From a virus (taxonomy: Duplodnaviria > Caudoviricetes), in IMG/VR virus record IMGVR_UViG_3300021197_001789, positions 1,708-65,707 of that record: a DNA stretch of 64,000 bases; one strand, 5' to 3'. Both the position numbers and the translations under genes were made by a program. Of this stretch, positions 49,127 through 58,403 are shown piece after piece (within the stretch, counting starts at the first letter, position 1; each line of letters opens with the position of its first letter). The notes below the pieces were generated by a model. That model worked only from the letters and a program-made list of their open reading frames with translations. It was not told the DNA's origin and made no database searches.

Positions 49127-49556
49127 TAAAAAGAAGATTAAAGACACAAAGCTAGGAGCTTGGTTAGCAAGCAAAGCACCAAATGTATTAGGTGTAGTGG
49201 GGGATCTACTACCAGATAGCGGTGCGCTAGGCGTGGTAAAGAACCTGATAGACAAGGATGATAGTGTTGACTCTGAGGAGGCTCAGCGCGTAATAGATGC
49301 AGAGGTGCGCTTCCAGGAGAACGTAACAGAACGTTGGAAAGCAGACATGGGCAGTGACGTAAAGCTTGCAAAGCTGATACGACCACTGACACTTATCGCC
49401 CTAATGTCTATGTTTATGCTTACAATGGTAGCTGACTCTATAGACTCTCTACCCTTCACCGTTAAGGATTCATACGTAGATTTGCTACAGATATTAATGA
49501 TGACCGCCTTCGGTGCATACTTCGCGGGTAGAACTATAGAAAAAGCAAAGAAATGA
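49119..49556 (+). CDS. putative holin (3TM/GTA-like)
   Basis: VTERWKADM.SD..L.K.IRP.TL, two TM helices, AYF.GR..EK. Confidence 0.7.
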   Translation: MSDKKKIKDTKLGAWLASKAPNVLGVVGDLLPDSGALGVVKNLIDKDDSVDSEEAQRVIDAEVRFQENVTERWKADMGSDVKLAKLIRPLTLIALMSMFMLTMVADSIDSLPFTVKDSYVDLLQILMMTAFGAYFAGRTIEKAKK

Positions 49557-50650
49557 TACGTAAGTTATTACTAACCAGTATATTAACACTACTTACTTTA
49601 AGTAATGCTTTAGGGCAAACAGCTGCAAAAAAGTTTTTAAAGTATAGCACATTCTATACTTCTTTTAGTCAGTCTAATTCTATGGTTCAAGAAAGCATGT
49701 ACGCCGTGCGTGATGGGGTTCTTACTACATTACCTATGGAAAACTTACCTAACTATACATTCTCTGTTGGTTTGAGGAAGTTGGCTCGGTTTGGATACGA
49801 GAACAAGGCTAGAGCTTTTTACGATGGGTCGGAGGTATCAATGACAGAAGAAGCTAACGTAGGGAATGTCAGTGGATTTGAGTATGTGTTTGAATATTCT
49901 GACGCAAGACTTACAAATCGGGAGGCAAAAAGTCAAAGGTATTTTATTAGACACCTGTCAAAGTTTTTTGTGTCAGAGATAGATTTTATGCAAGACGAAC
50001 TATCGGACATAAAGTATTTAGAGACCGCCTTTAAGCTTAGACTTAAGGTTGGTAAGAAATTAAACTTTACAGCAGGGGTTGCAGGACGCAGACACCCTGC
50101 GTATGGCGTAGATCCTATCACGGACTGGATGTCAACTAACGATGGGGCATGGTGGTTACTTGCTTATGATTACGGGTATACGGATCAGTGGATGTACATG
50201 GATTCTAATGGGAACAATGAATATGACAATGGGGAGTGGAGTGATTGGGAGTGGTATGGTCCAGAGGGAAACTTAGTTGCGGAAACAGACTCCGAGTTTA
50301 GGCGCTACAGATACGGAGAAATAGTCAACCAATATAACAGAGATGTTAAAAGATCTTTACCGCAACAATATCAGATCTCAGCCGCATTCGGTTTAGACTT
50401 TTATCACTACTCAAAAGACTTTTGGTTGCACGCATGGGGGAACGTTATGCCGTACCATAAAGAGTTCGGAGATTGGAAATACTCATACGGTAGGCTGCAT
50501 GGCGAGGATTGGGTCGACTATAATTTGGGTGTTGTCTTCGGTGCTAAGATTGGAAAACATTTTGGTATCTTTACAGAAGGAAAGTACAGCGAGTATTGGG
50601 GTAGACCTTTCGGCAGTGCAACAATGGGAATAAATTATGTAATACTATAA
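49553..50650 (+). CDS. secreted outer-membrane beta-barrel-like protein
   Basis: Signal peptide; aromatic-rich amphipathic strands; C-terminal GINYVIL; DSNGNNEYDNGE loop. Confidence 0.55.
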   Translation: MIRKLLLTSILTLLTLSNALGQTAAKKFLKYSTFYTSFSQSNSMVQESMYAVRDGVLTTLPMENLPNYTFSVGLRKLARFGYENKARAFYDGSEVSMTEEANVGNVSGFEYVFEYSDARLTNREAKSQRYFIRHLSKFFVSEIDFMQDELSDIKYLETAFKLRLKVGKKLNFTAGVAGRRHPAYGVDPITDWMSTNDGAWWLLAYDYGYTDQWMYMDSNGNNEYDNGEWSDWEWYGPEGNLVAETDSEFRRYRYGEIVNQYNRDVKRSLPQQYQISAAFGLDFYHYSKDFWLHAWGNVMPYHKEFGDWKYSYGRLHGEDWVDYNLGVVFGAKIGKHFGIFTEGKYSEYWGRPFGSATMGINYVIL

Positions 50651-50653
50651 AAA

Positions 50654-50938
50654 ATGGCGCAACAGATTGGAGAGGATACAAAAGTAACATTAGACCTAAA
50701 AACAATAGGGATGGGTGCAGCTGGGTTAGGGTCGTTAATAGCGATGTGGTTTGCGTTACAAGCAGATATAGCTGAGGCAAAAGAGCTACCTATTCCTCCT
50801 GATCCAGAGATTACACGTATGGAGTTTGATATGAAGGATCAGCTTGTGCGTCAAACAATTATGACCACACAAGAAGATGTTATCGAAATAAAAGAAGATT
50901 TAAAAAATATAGAACGAAAAATAGACGAATTAAAATGA
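50654..50938 (+). CDS. membrane-anchored coiled-coil protein (spanin-like?)
   Basis: One TM helix followed by a coiled coil. Confidence 0.55.
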   Translation: MAQQIGEDTKVTLDLKTIGMGAAGLGSLIAMWFALQADIAEAKELPIPPDPEITRMEFDMKDQLVRQTIMTTQEDVIEIKEDLKNIERKIDELK

Positions 50939-50944
50939 TGAAAG

Positions 50945-51310
50945 ATGAAAACAATATTTGCAGCTGTTGCTTCCTTTGCGCTATTCTCGGCGGTTGTATT
51001 GGTGGATACTCCAATAATTGCTGACGTACCAGACTCAGGAATATGTGTAGTTGAGTTTAATGCTAGCTTTAACGCGTCTAATAGTGTCGATTGGCTCGAC
51101 GATCTTAGCGACTGTAAAGGTAAGAGGGTTGATATTGTTGCTGCCCCAGATATGCAAAAAGAACATAAGATAGTTGTTGTCCCAACCATTATTATATTTA
51201 ACGACAAAGAGGAAGTAAAGCGATTTCAAGCCAACATCATGATGCAGCTAGATGCTAGCAAAAATGATGTACAAGAGGCGGTTGATGAAATCATAATGAG
51301 CGCATTCTAA
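50945..51310 (+). CDS. exported thioredoxin-fold protein lacking CxxC
   Basis: Signal/TM N-terminus; VVEFNASFN in place of FWAxWCxxC; cis-Pro motif VVPTIIIF..KEEVKRF. Confidence 0.65.
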   Translation: MKTIFAAVASFALFSAVVLVDTPIIADVPDSGICVVEFNASFNASNSVDWLDDLSDCKGKRVDIVAAPDMQKEHKIVVVPTIIIFNDKEEVKRFQANIMMQLDASKNDVQEAVDEIIMSAF

Positions 51311-51609
51311 TGAAAGTTTGTAAAAAGGGGTGCAAAGTAATGAAAAAAGGGGGTAAGACCCCTGCATGGACACGTAAGGAGGGTAAGGATCCTAAAGGCG
51401 GGTTGAACCGAAAAGGCGTAGCATCTTACCGCAGGGCTAACCCAGGCAGCAAACTTAAGATGGCGGTTACTGGTAAAGTAAAGCGCGGATCTAAATCCGC
51501 CAAAAGGCGTAAATCATTTTGCGCACGCATGAGTGGCGTTAAAGGCCCAATGAAAAGAAAAGGTAAACCAACACGTAAAGCACTAGCACTTAGAAAGTGG
51601 AAGTGTTAA
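51310..51609 (+). CDS. DUF6321-like small basic protein
   Basis: AWTRKEGK.PKGGLN.KG...RRKSFCARM...ALRKWKC. Confidence 0.75.
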   Translation: MKVCKKGCKVMKKGGKTPAWTRKEGKDPKGGLNRKGVASYRRANPGSKLKMAVTGKVKRGSKSAKRRKSFCARMSGVKGPMKRKGKPTRKALALRKWKC

Positions 51610-51611
51610 AT

Positions 51612-51628
51612 TAGGCATAATATTTGCA
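51612..51628 (+). promoter_or_regulatory. putative sigma54 (-24/-12) promoter for hsp20
   Basis: TAGGCATAATATTTGCA: GG-N10-GC spacing with GGCA and TTGCA. Confidence 0.45.
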
Positions 51629-51698
51629 TGTCTGTAGGTGACTTTAGGGCACCAACCTTACTTTTAACCGTCACCTTAGGGGACACAAACATAATAAT

Positions 51699-52124
51699 AT
51701 GACACACTTACTATTTAAGGACATGCAGCGCAGTCCATTTGACATTCTTGTAAAGAATTTTTTTGACAATGAGTCAACTTTTGACAAACCTACACGACAG
51801 GTTGTCACACATCCAATAGACGTTTACGAAACTAAAGAAGGGCTAACCTTTGAGGTAGCTTGTACAGGTCTGGATAAAAACGATGTAGATATAAATGTAG
51901 AGGGAGATACCTTAAGGGTATCACACGAAACTGAAACTAAAGAATCAGACGGGCTACACCACACATATCATTCAGGCATAAGGCGTAGCAGCTTTAATCT
52001 AGGCTGGAGGATATCACGGAGATTTGATCTCACCAATATAAAGGCGGAAATGAAGAACGGACTGCTTACGCTGTCCGTTCCGTACTCCGAAGAATCTAAA
52101 CCCAAATCAATTAAGATAAAATAA
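51699..52124 (+). CDS. hsp20: small heat shock protein (Hsp20/alpha-crystallin)
   Basis: PIDVYET....FEVA..GL.K.DV.I.VEGD.L...GI.R.SF...A.MKNGLLT...P..E. Confidence 0.9.
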   Translation: MTHLLFKDMQRSPFDILVKNFFDNESTFDKPTRQVVTHPIDVYETKEGLTFEVACTGLDKNDVDINVEGDTLRVSHETETKESDGLHHTYHSGIRRSSFNLGWRISRRFDLTNIKAEMKNGLLTLSVPYSEESKPKSIKIK

Positions 52125-52518
52125 GCTCTGGGTTGGTGCTCTCTAAGTCTTTCTTTTCTTTTCTCAAATACTTAAGTCTTTTTTCTAAACTCTCTATCTC
52201 CTTAGCAGCTGTCTTTATGCCTACATGTCTTATCTCGTGATAAGTCTTTGAATCCGCTATGCTCTCAGCTGTTTTATATGCTTTGATATAGCCTCCCCAG
52301 TGTTTAAGGTTATCTTCATGCTTAGATCTATAGTAACTTATTGTACTCCTGTCTACACCTAAAGCAGAGGCGATAGGTAATTGTGAGAAGTATTTGTTTA
52401 AAGCCATAGCTGTTGCTGCCCTTGCTTGAGCATATATGGTTTCTCTTGATTTTTTACGTGATAGATCTAGAGCGCTATACGTCTCAGATATTATCTCTTC
52501 AACTAAATATTCTTTCAT
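52111..52518 (-). CDS. DnaA C-terminal-like helix-turn-helix protein
   Basis: KSR....AQAR....L...SQL.IA..LG.DRSTISYY. Confidence 0.55.
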   Translation of the reverse strand: MKEYLVEEIISETYSALDLSRKKSRETIYAQARAATAMALNKYFSQLPIASALGVDRSTISYYRSKHEDNLKHWGGYIKAYKTAESIADSKTYHEIRHVGIKTAAKEIESLEKRLKYLRKEKKDLESTNPELILS

Positions 52519-52570
52519 TTTATTTTATTTATGTAATATAATTTCATTATCCAACACTGGTCCAGCCTTT

Positions 52571-54463
52571 TCATCGTACAGGGCAGGCACCAGAATCACA
52601 GTCAGCAATCTCCACATCCTCCATCTTTATGTCCTGCAGGGATGTAATAGGTGTGCACCGCTTCTTCATACTCTTGTAAGTTTTCTTATCTATTTCCTCT
52701 AGTGGGGCTTGATCAAATCCATGATCGTTATGCAACAAGAATGATACGGACTTAACATTTTCGTAATTCTCTTTTAGCCACGCCTTAATTGAATCCAATT
52801 CATCCTTCTTATAGTAAACCGTCACCGACACGGAGTTATCGCTCCATTCCTTCTGTAAACGCTTTATAACCTCTAATTGATCCACTGCTGACATGTCGCC
52901 CGCAAACATAGTTCCTTTAGGGAAGCTGCATGGGAAGCTTACAACTACAGTTGAATGATCCTCAGTACCATCAAAGTTTCTTACATACTCTATGTCAAAC
53001 CCACTGTTTCTGCACACGTTGACCAGTTCGCTATCTGCAGACATTCTAATTCTCCTAATGTAATATTCGGAGTATCCAGGGTGTGCTCCAGGTGTAACGC
53101 CAGCAAGTAGACTGAGCGTTCCAGAGGGTTTGACTGTAGTAAGTTTAATAGATGTGGGTAATCCTGTAGATCTGGAGTATTCTTTGTCATATTCACGAAG
53201 GTAAATATAGCAATTTTCTAGCCAACTTCTTTGCTCCTCTGTTGCCTGCAAATACCCAGTTACTCCGATCCCCATCCTCATGTTCTTATGAACAATCTCC
53301 TCTGTTTCCTTGACCGAACACTTAATAGCAAGACTATGCTTGTTAATACGGTACAGATATTTAGCAACCTTTTTTAGTTCAACCTCTGATTCAATGTTAG
53401 GTAGGTAAATCTCTGCTAGACAGCATGTTTCGTATGGCGCTAACGATTGTTCAGCACATGGATTATAACCCATCACATCTGGATCAGGGTATTCTGTTTC
53501 GCCCGTTCTTCCCATACGTCTAGAGGACTCAAGGTTAATCAAACCGTACGGCTCACCGTTTCCTTTGTACCCCTCCCAAAACTCATCAGGAAGATCTGCC
53601 ACATCGTCACACACAACAGAGTTATTTGACATAGCTCTCCAGTTAGGTATACCGCCTAAGTCCCAACGCTTAGCACGTAGGTACTCAAGGTCATCGTGAT
53701 CCCCTAGTGCTATCTGTGCGGATCTGCGTACATTACCAGCCACTACAATCTTACCAATGATGTTCATAACATCCAGACAATCAACGGGTTTCAGCCTTTT
53801 ATTAAAGCGTTTGTTTAAGATAGAGTTGATTTCTTGCATACCCCATATTAGATCTTGACTACCTGAGGCGGTTCCTCCAAATCCTTTTATAGGTGAGCCT
53901 GCTGGCCTTATAAGGTGTGTAGCGTATGTAAACCCCTCACCTGTAACAAAGCTTGCTTCAAGCACACGGCGTAAGAGCTCTGTCCACCCTTCACGCGAGT
54001 CAGGTACAATAAAGTCAGCACCGTTATCGTTAACATTTTCTATGTCAACACGACTCTTTATCTTAGGTAGCTGATATACATGCTCTCTCTGTATGTTGTA
54101 TCCGACACCACTTCCAAGCATAAGCATCTCAAATGCCCATGTAAACGGACGGATAGGATCGTCTACTACGGTAAACGCACAATTCTGTAAAGAAGGGAGA
54201 CCTAGTTTATCTACCGTCTTTGTTCCTAACTGCCATAAAAACCTACCAGCCACCGTACCCTTCAGGTTCATCATGAAGTTTTTGATCTCCTTTTGATTGG
54301 ATGTATTGAAGTTACAACCTAGCTGATCGTTGCACGCATTTATTACGCGGTCCACTGTATCTTCCCACTCTTCCGTTCCCCCTTCTATTGGGCGTGAGTA
54401 TGTTCTTTTATAGGTTGCGTATCCCACCTCACCCCAAGGGGTGTTAGTTGTTTTGTCGTTCAT
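52571..54463 (-). CDS. nrdJ: class II (adenosylcobalamin) ribonucleotide reductase, monomeric type
   Basis: YKRTYSR, LQNCAF, LMLGSGVG, VVAGNVRRSA, NPCAEQ, KPSGT, C-terminal CDSGACPVR; start set at Met26 of the ORF. Confidence 0.9.
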   Translation of the reverse strand: MNDKTTNTPWGEVGYATYKRTYSRPIEGGTEEWEDTVDRVINACNDQLGCNFNTSNQKEIKNFMMNLKGTVAGRFLWQLGTKTVDKLGLPSLQNCAFTVVDDPIRPFTWAFEMLMLGSGVGYNIQREHVYQLPKIKSRVDIENVNDNGADFIVPDSREGWTELLRRVLEASFVTGEGFTYATHLIRPAGSPIKGFGGTASGSQDLIWGMQEINSILNKRFNKRLKPVDCLDVMNIIGKIVVAGNVRRSAQIALGDHDDLEYLRAKRWDLGGIPNWRAMSNNSVVCDDVADLPDEFWEGYKGNGEPYGLINLESSRRMGRTGETEYPDPDVMGYNPCAEQSLAPYETCCLAEIYLPNIESEVELKKVAKYLYRINKHSLAIKCSVKETEEIVHKNMRMGIGVTGYLQATEEQRSWLENCYIYLREYDKEYSRSTGLPTSIKLTTVKPSGTLSLLAGVTPGAHPGYSEYYIRRIRMSADSELVNVCRNSGFDIEYVRNFDGTEDHSTVVVSFPCSFPKGTMFAGDMSAVDQLEVIKRLQKEWSDNSVSVTVYYKKDELDSIKAWLKENYENVKSVSFLLHNDHGFDQAPLEEIDKKTYKSMKKRCTPITSLQDIKMEDVEIADCDSGACPVR

Positions 54464-54494
54464 TTTTGTTAAAATTTTTGTTAGAAAAGGGCTA

Positions 54495-55010
54495 CTAAGA
54501 TAGCTCAATTTTCTTCCGTGTAAGATCCTGTGGATCAATATAAGTACCTAAATATTCTATCACTTTATAGCTCTTTAACTCCTGTAAATCATGTAGAGCC
54601 AACATGGTTATTTTATCTTTTCTATTTCTTCTCTGATATATCCTTCGGTAAGCATCTTGTTTATTTGAAACGTAGTTTTCAAACTCTACATTCTTTAAAC
54701 ACCACTGAAGCAGTTCCTTACGTTCAACACGTATATAACCGCCTACCTCTGGCATCTCAAAAGCTATCCACTTTGCAGCACCTAATATCCATCCAGGCTT
54801 ACCGTGCACGTTACGCAGTTCCACCCATATCTCATCGGGGAGGTTGTTACCTTTTACATCCACCCCATCGGCACCATGCCAAAAGTCTACGTGAAGGTGT
54901 ATGTCCTCATCTCTTGATGACTTCCTAGCATCTAAACAAGCTCTGTCATATCTGGTCGCGGAAACACCGCCATCCTTCCAGGATTGCTTACGTCTTTCTT
55001 TATTCACCAT
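54495..55010 (-). CDS. PD-(D/E)XK nuclease-like protein
   Basis: HVDFW....VDVKG...IWVELRN..G..GW..G. Confidence 0.6.
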   Translation of the reverse strand: MVNKERRKQSWKDGGVSATRYDRACLDARKSSRDEDIHLHVDFWHGADGVDVKGNNLPDEIWVELRNVHGKPGWILGAAKWIAFEMPEVGGYIRVERKELLQWCLKNVEFENYVSNKQDAYRRIYQRRNRKDKITMLALHDLQELKSYKVIEYLGTYIDPQDLTRKKIELS

Positions 55011-55013
55011 AAC

Positions 55014-55232
55014 CTAAAGTTGTTCGTTGTACTCCTTAGCAACCTCTCTGATAAGATCTAACTCAATATTCATGGACTGCCTCAGTACAAATATTGCTTT
55101 GTTTATCTCATCGAGATTGTTAATCGGTCCTCCTTCTTCGGTATGCATGAACTCATCATAATAAGCGGCCACATACTCGTGCATGCGTGCACAAGCACTA
55201 TAATACGTCTCGCTTAGTCCAGTCTGATTCAT
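55014..55232 (-). CDS. hypothetical protein
   Basis: 72-aa ORF in the replication operon. Confidence 0.6.
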   Translation of the reverse strand: MNQTGLSETYYSACARMHEYVAAYYDEFMHTEEGGPINNLDEINKAIFVLRQSMNIELDLIREVAKEYNEQL

Positions 55233-55692
55233 CGTTGATAGATTTTAATATTTCGGCAACCGCTTGGTCAACCTGTTGTTTGTTTTTTGCTAGGTATACA
55301 TCATACCCAAGATTATTGTCTATTATGTGTTTTAAAAATAATTTCCACCTCATAGGAAAATCATGATGAGACGGTAAATAACCTTTAGTTTCTATAATCC
55401 ATTTATGGTCGTTACCCACAAAATCCTTATTAGTCTTCCCCACAAAGTCTGGAGTGTATCGAATCGGTTGCTGAACCGAATTGCTACGATCAGACATATG
55501 TTTCTTCTTTGAGGTCATCTTAAAATATTTATGCTTAAATCTAAAAGACTCCATAAGAGTAAACTGTGTTTCTTCATAGGTAAATTTTATGCCTGCTTCA
55601 CGAAGCTTGTCTGAACAATACTTCTCTATAGAGGACTTAAACTTCCCTAATGATTTTTTTTTGGGTGCTTGTTTACGTTTATTCCTTTTCAT
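55198..55692 (-). CDS. T7 endonuclease I-like Holliday junction resolvase
   Basis: FKSSIE....L......F.YE...YTPDF...IIETKG. Confidence 0.75.
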   Translation of the reverse strand: MKRNKRKQAPKKKSLGKFKSSIEKYCSDKLREAGIKFTYEETQFTLMESFRFKHKYFKMTSKKKHMSDRSNSVQQPIRYTPDFVGKTNKDFVGNDHKWIIETKGYLPSHHDFPMRWKLFLKHIIDNNLGYDVYLAKNKQQVDQAVAEILKSINDESDWTKRDVL

Positions 55693-55736
55693 TGTGAGGG
55701 CAAGTTACACTCAATATTGCTTCCCTTCCAAACTAA

Positions 55737-57536
55737 TTATAATAATATTTCAGAGAAATTTATTGCCTCTTGCTTATCGCCTTGGAAATGAATAGGTTGG
55801 AATAATGACTCCCTCGTGTCCCAGGAATTAAATCCTGTGTGTGATAGGTTCATATGTAGTTTATATGGCTGGTCTAAAGGCGTTGGTTGACCGCCTGTCT
55901 CTACTTCTCTGACTTTCCTAACGTGGAACTCACTGAGTTTACGTATGTTATGGTCAGGTGCTTGAACCTTTCGGTGAATAGTGATGAAGCAATCCGCTCT
56001 GTTTACGAACTTTCCGCCACCCTCTGTATCCTCAGCATATGGAGCAACGGGTAAACCATCATCACCTTTACGTCTTTGAGCCTCTGTAACGGCATGCATA
56101 TTTAACCATACTGCTACGTTGTTTGCCGTAGAGAACGTTAAGAACTCACTGGCTGCCTCGTAGTGGTAGTCATGTACCCCTATATTACTGCCCTTCATAT
56201 CTAGCTTCAGGCTGTTGTATGGGTCTACGAAAATAGCATCTACATGTTGCTGCCTCATGACCTTCTCCATAAAGACTATGATGTCGCTGTAACTATAAAC
56301 CTGATTATTATTGATGATAGTGAAGTGTTCTTGTACCCACTTATAGGCCTGTCTGCGTTGTGCATACGTCATGTCGGCAACCTTACGATCAGACGCAAAT
56401 TGCATGAGCTGCATCTTTACCGAGGCAGTCCTATTCTCTGATGAGTATATAACCCACTTCCACTTGTGCCGTATAACTGAGTTAGCTATTAGGTACAATG
56501 CTGTTGTAGTTTTACCTACGTTACTGTGTCCGTTCATGATGACAAACTCCTTCTTGTATCTGAAATACTCGTCTAACTGCGTGTCACCTGTATCCAATCC
56601 TATCTCAATCTTACCTTGAGAGAAGTCGTCTATCCATCTAAAGTCCTCATCGTCAGAGGATATGAATGACATATCACCATCGTTAATAAGCATCTCACGC
56701 TTAGCTTGTTTCTCCTCATCTATAATCTCTCGTATAGGTGCGTCCTTACCTACCTGGATCATATCAACGATAGTAGCCTTAGCTTGTTCGTCAGAATCTA
56801 TATCTCTCTTAGATATCTCACGGAACAATATGCGAACCGCCTCCTCTTCCTCCATTCTTCCTGCGGATATATACCCACCACATAAACGTGCAGCTTTTAC
56901 TAAAGCTCTGTGCTTGTCCCCATCCTCAGCTGACCTTATAATACGTGCAGCTAAGTTTAGCTTCATATAGTCCGTGTAGTCGTATGCTTCGTTAGTCGGT
57001 GTCTGCGCCTCAGCGTGTTCGCTAGAGAATGCCCCAAACTTCTTCCACTCATCCTTGATTATTATGTCAGGATCGTGTGACTCAAAGCATGCTCGTGATT
57101 CGTTTACACCCGACTCATCCACCTCTAGGGTGTACTGTTTGTCAAAGTATGTTATTAGCGCACGAAAATGATCTCTGTGCCTCTCAGGGTTGGTTATCTG
57201 AACAAGCGCCTTAATACCATCCCCACTCGGTGAGACCCAGCAAGAATGTACATAGTCATCCGTAGCCAGAGCCGTCTTCGTTGCCTCAACATCAACGTGA
57301 TCGAAGTCCAGAACAATAAATCCTGAATGTTCAAATAGAGCGTCATCAGCCCTTGACGAAAATTCACCACTGAAGCATACCACAGGTAGCCTCCTCTTCT
57401 TGTCCTTGTCTCCCTCACGTACTTGCGCTATGAGAGAACCAGACTTCCCCGACTGTATCCTCGTCAAGGCTGTCTCTATCTGTATGTGATGCGGTGCCTC
57501 CTTCTCGAATACGTTTTTGAATATCGTTACTTTCAT
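55737..57536 (-). CDS. primase-helicase (BT4734/VirE-N primase-like domain plus SF4 DnaB-like helicase)
   Basis: FSGEF...HSGFIVLDFDH, SPSGDGIKAL, RACFESHD; Walker A GHSNVGKT; FVDPYNSL; start set at MKVTIFKN. Confidence 0.85.
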   Translation of the reverse strand: MKVTIFKNVFEKEAPHHIQIETALTRIQSGKSGSLIAQVREGDKDKKRRLPVVCFSGEFSSRADDALFEHSGFIVLDFDHVDVEATKTALATDDYVHSCWVSPSGDGIKALVQITNPERHRDHFRALITYFDKQYTLEVDESGVNESRACFESHDPDIIIKDEWKKFGAFSSEHAEAQTPTNEAYDYTDYMKLNLAARIIRSAEDGDKHRALVKAARLCGGYISAGRMEEEEAVRILFREISKRDIDSDEQAKATIVDMIQVGKDAPIREIIDEEKQAKREMLINDGDMSFISSDDEDFRWIDDFSQGKIEIGLDTGDTQLDEYFRYKKEFVIMNGHSNVGKTTTALYLIANSVIRHKWKWVIYSSENRTASVKMQLMQFASDRKVADMTYAQRRQAYKWVQEHFTIINNNQVYSYSDIIVFMEKVMRQQHVDAIFVDPYNSLKLDMKGSNIGVHDYHYEAASEFLTFSTANNVAVWLNMHAVTEAQRRKGDDGLPVAPYAEDTEGGGKFVNRADCFITIHRKVQAPDHNIRKLSEFHVRKVREVETGGQPTPLDQPYKLHMNLSHTGFNSWDTRESLFQPIHFQGDKQEAINFSEILL

Positions 57537-57789
57537 TTTCTTTTGCAATGATTAGCAGGATTATATACCCTGCGATGTCTATTAATGTGTCTTCTGTGTC
57601 TTCAACTAAACCTGCGTTAGCTATTCTTTTTAGCTTATCGTCAAGTCTAATCTTTATGCCTGACGATGCATTAGCGGAAGAAAAAACGCCCAGAGGACTC
57701 AAAGCTGAGTCCCCATAGGCGTCGTTCTTTCTAACTAACAGATCTTCAAGCTGACGACATTTTAATTTTATGTTGTCTTTTGTGTTCAT
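57415..57789 (-). CDS. nucleotide-modification-associated domain 1 (DUF1599-like) protein
   Basis: L.RKN.AYGDS...IRLDDKL.RI...EDTLIDIAGY.IL. Confidence 0.75.
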   Translation of the reverse strand: MNTKDNIKLKCRQLEDLLVRKNDAYGDSALSPLGVFSSANASSGIKIRLDDKLKRIANAGLVEDTEDTLIDIAGYIILLIIAKENESNDIQKRIREGGTASHTDRDSLDEDTVGEVWFSHSAST

Positions 57790-58045
57790 TTATTGTTAGG
57801 TTTGAATGTGTTAACTCCTTAACCTCTAATATCTCACGTAGTATAAGCTCTTTATTTTTAGCCTTCTTTCCGAAGATTTTATTTTGCATGTTTTCTATAG
57901 CTTTTTTACTGTAGCGCATGATATCAGCGGGGGTGTCAAACACTGTAACTATCCACATATCGCGCTCGTGTACACGTTTAGATTTTTTAAACGCGACACG
58001 AACACGCATGTATTTAATTAAGGGTTTATTAGAATGGCATGTCAT
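57746..58045 (-). CDS. hypothetical protein (start possibly 58009)
   Basis: Basic 99-aa ORF in the operon. Confidence 0.6.
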   Translation of the reverse strand: MTCHSNKPLIKYMRVRVAFKKSKRVHERDMWIVTVFDTPADIMRYSKKAIENMQNKIFGKKAKNKELILREILEVKELTHSNLTINEHKRQHKIKMSSA

Positions 58046-58331
58046 CTGCTACAGCTTCTGCCTTAGCAGCTTTCTCAGCACGTTTAGTTTTAGCAGCCTC
58101 ACTATTCGGGTCGAAAACCGAGCAGCATGGCTTACCATTCTTAGACATAAATAACTTCACATAAACGTTACCACCCTGCCCTTCGGCATTGCGCGTTGTT
58201 GCAAATTTATCAATCATCTCCTTTAGTTCGCTGTCTTTAAATTTAACAGACCAACTAGAAAGGTTTTCCTCGTAGTAACGAGGCTCTTCGCAGTACCCAA
58301 CGAGTACTGAATCATAACTTTGTTCACTCAT
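58029..58331 (-). CDS. ssb: single-stranded DNA-binding protein (putative)
   Basis: Small beta-rich protein with acidic DDMPF C-tail, next to the exonuclease/SSAP pair. Confidence 0.6.
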   Translation of the reverse strand: MSEQSYDSVLVGYCEEPRYYEENLSSWSVKFKDSELKEMIDKFATTRNAEGQGGNVYVKLFMSKNGKPCCSVFDPNSEAAKTKRAEKAAKAEAVADDMPF

Positions 58332-58403
58332 GATACAAAAGTATTAATTATTAAAAAATGTAGTGCGTAGATTATTAGTAGGTTCCACGCAACCTTCAAT
58401 ATT

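Noticed and set aside
51612-51690. CIRCE element upstream of hsp20
   Set aside because: No TTAGCACTC-N9-GAGTGCTAA match.
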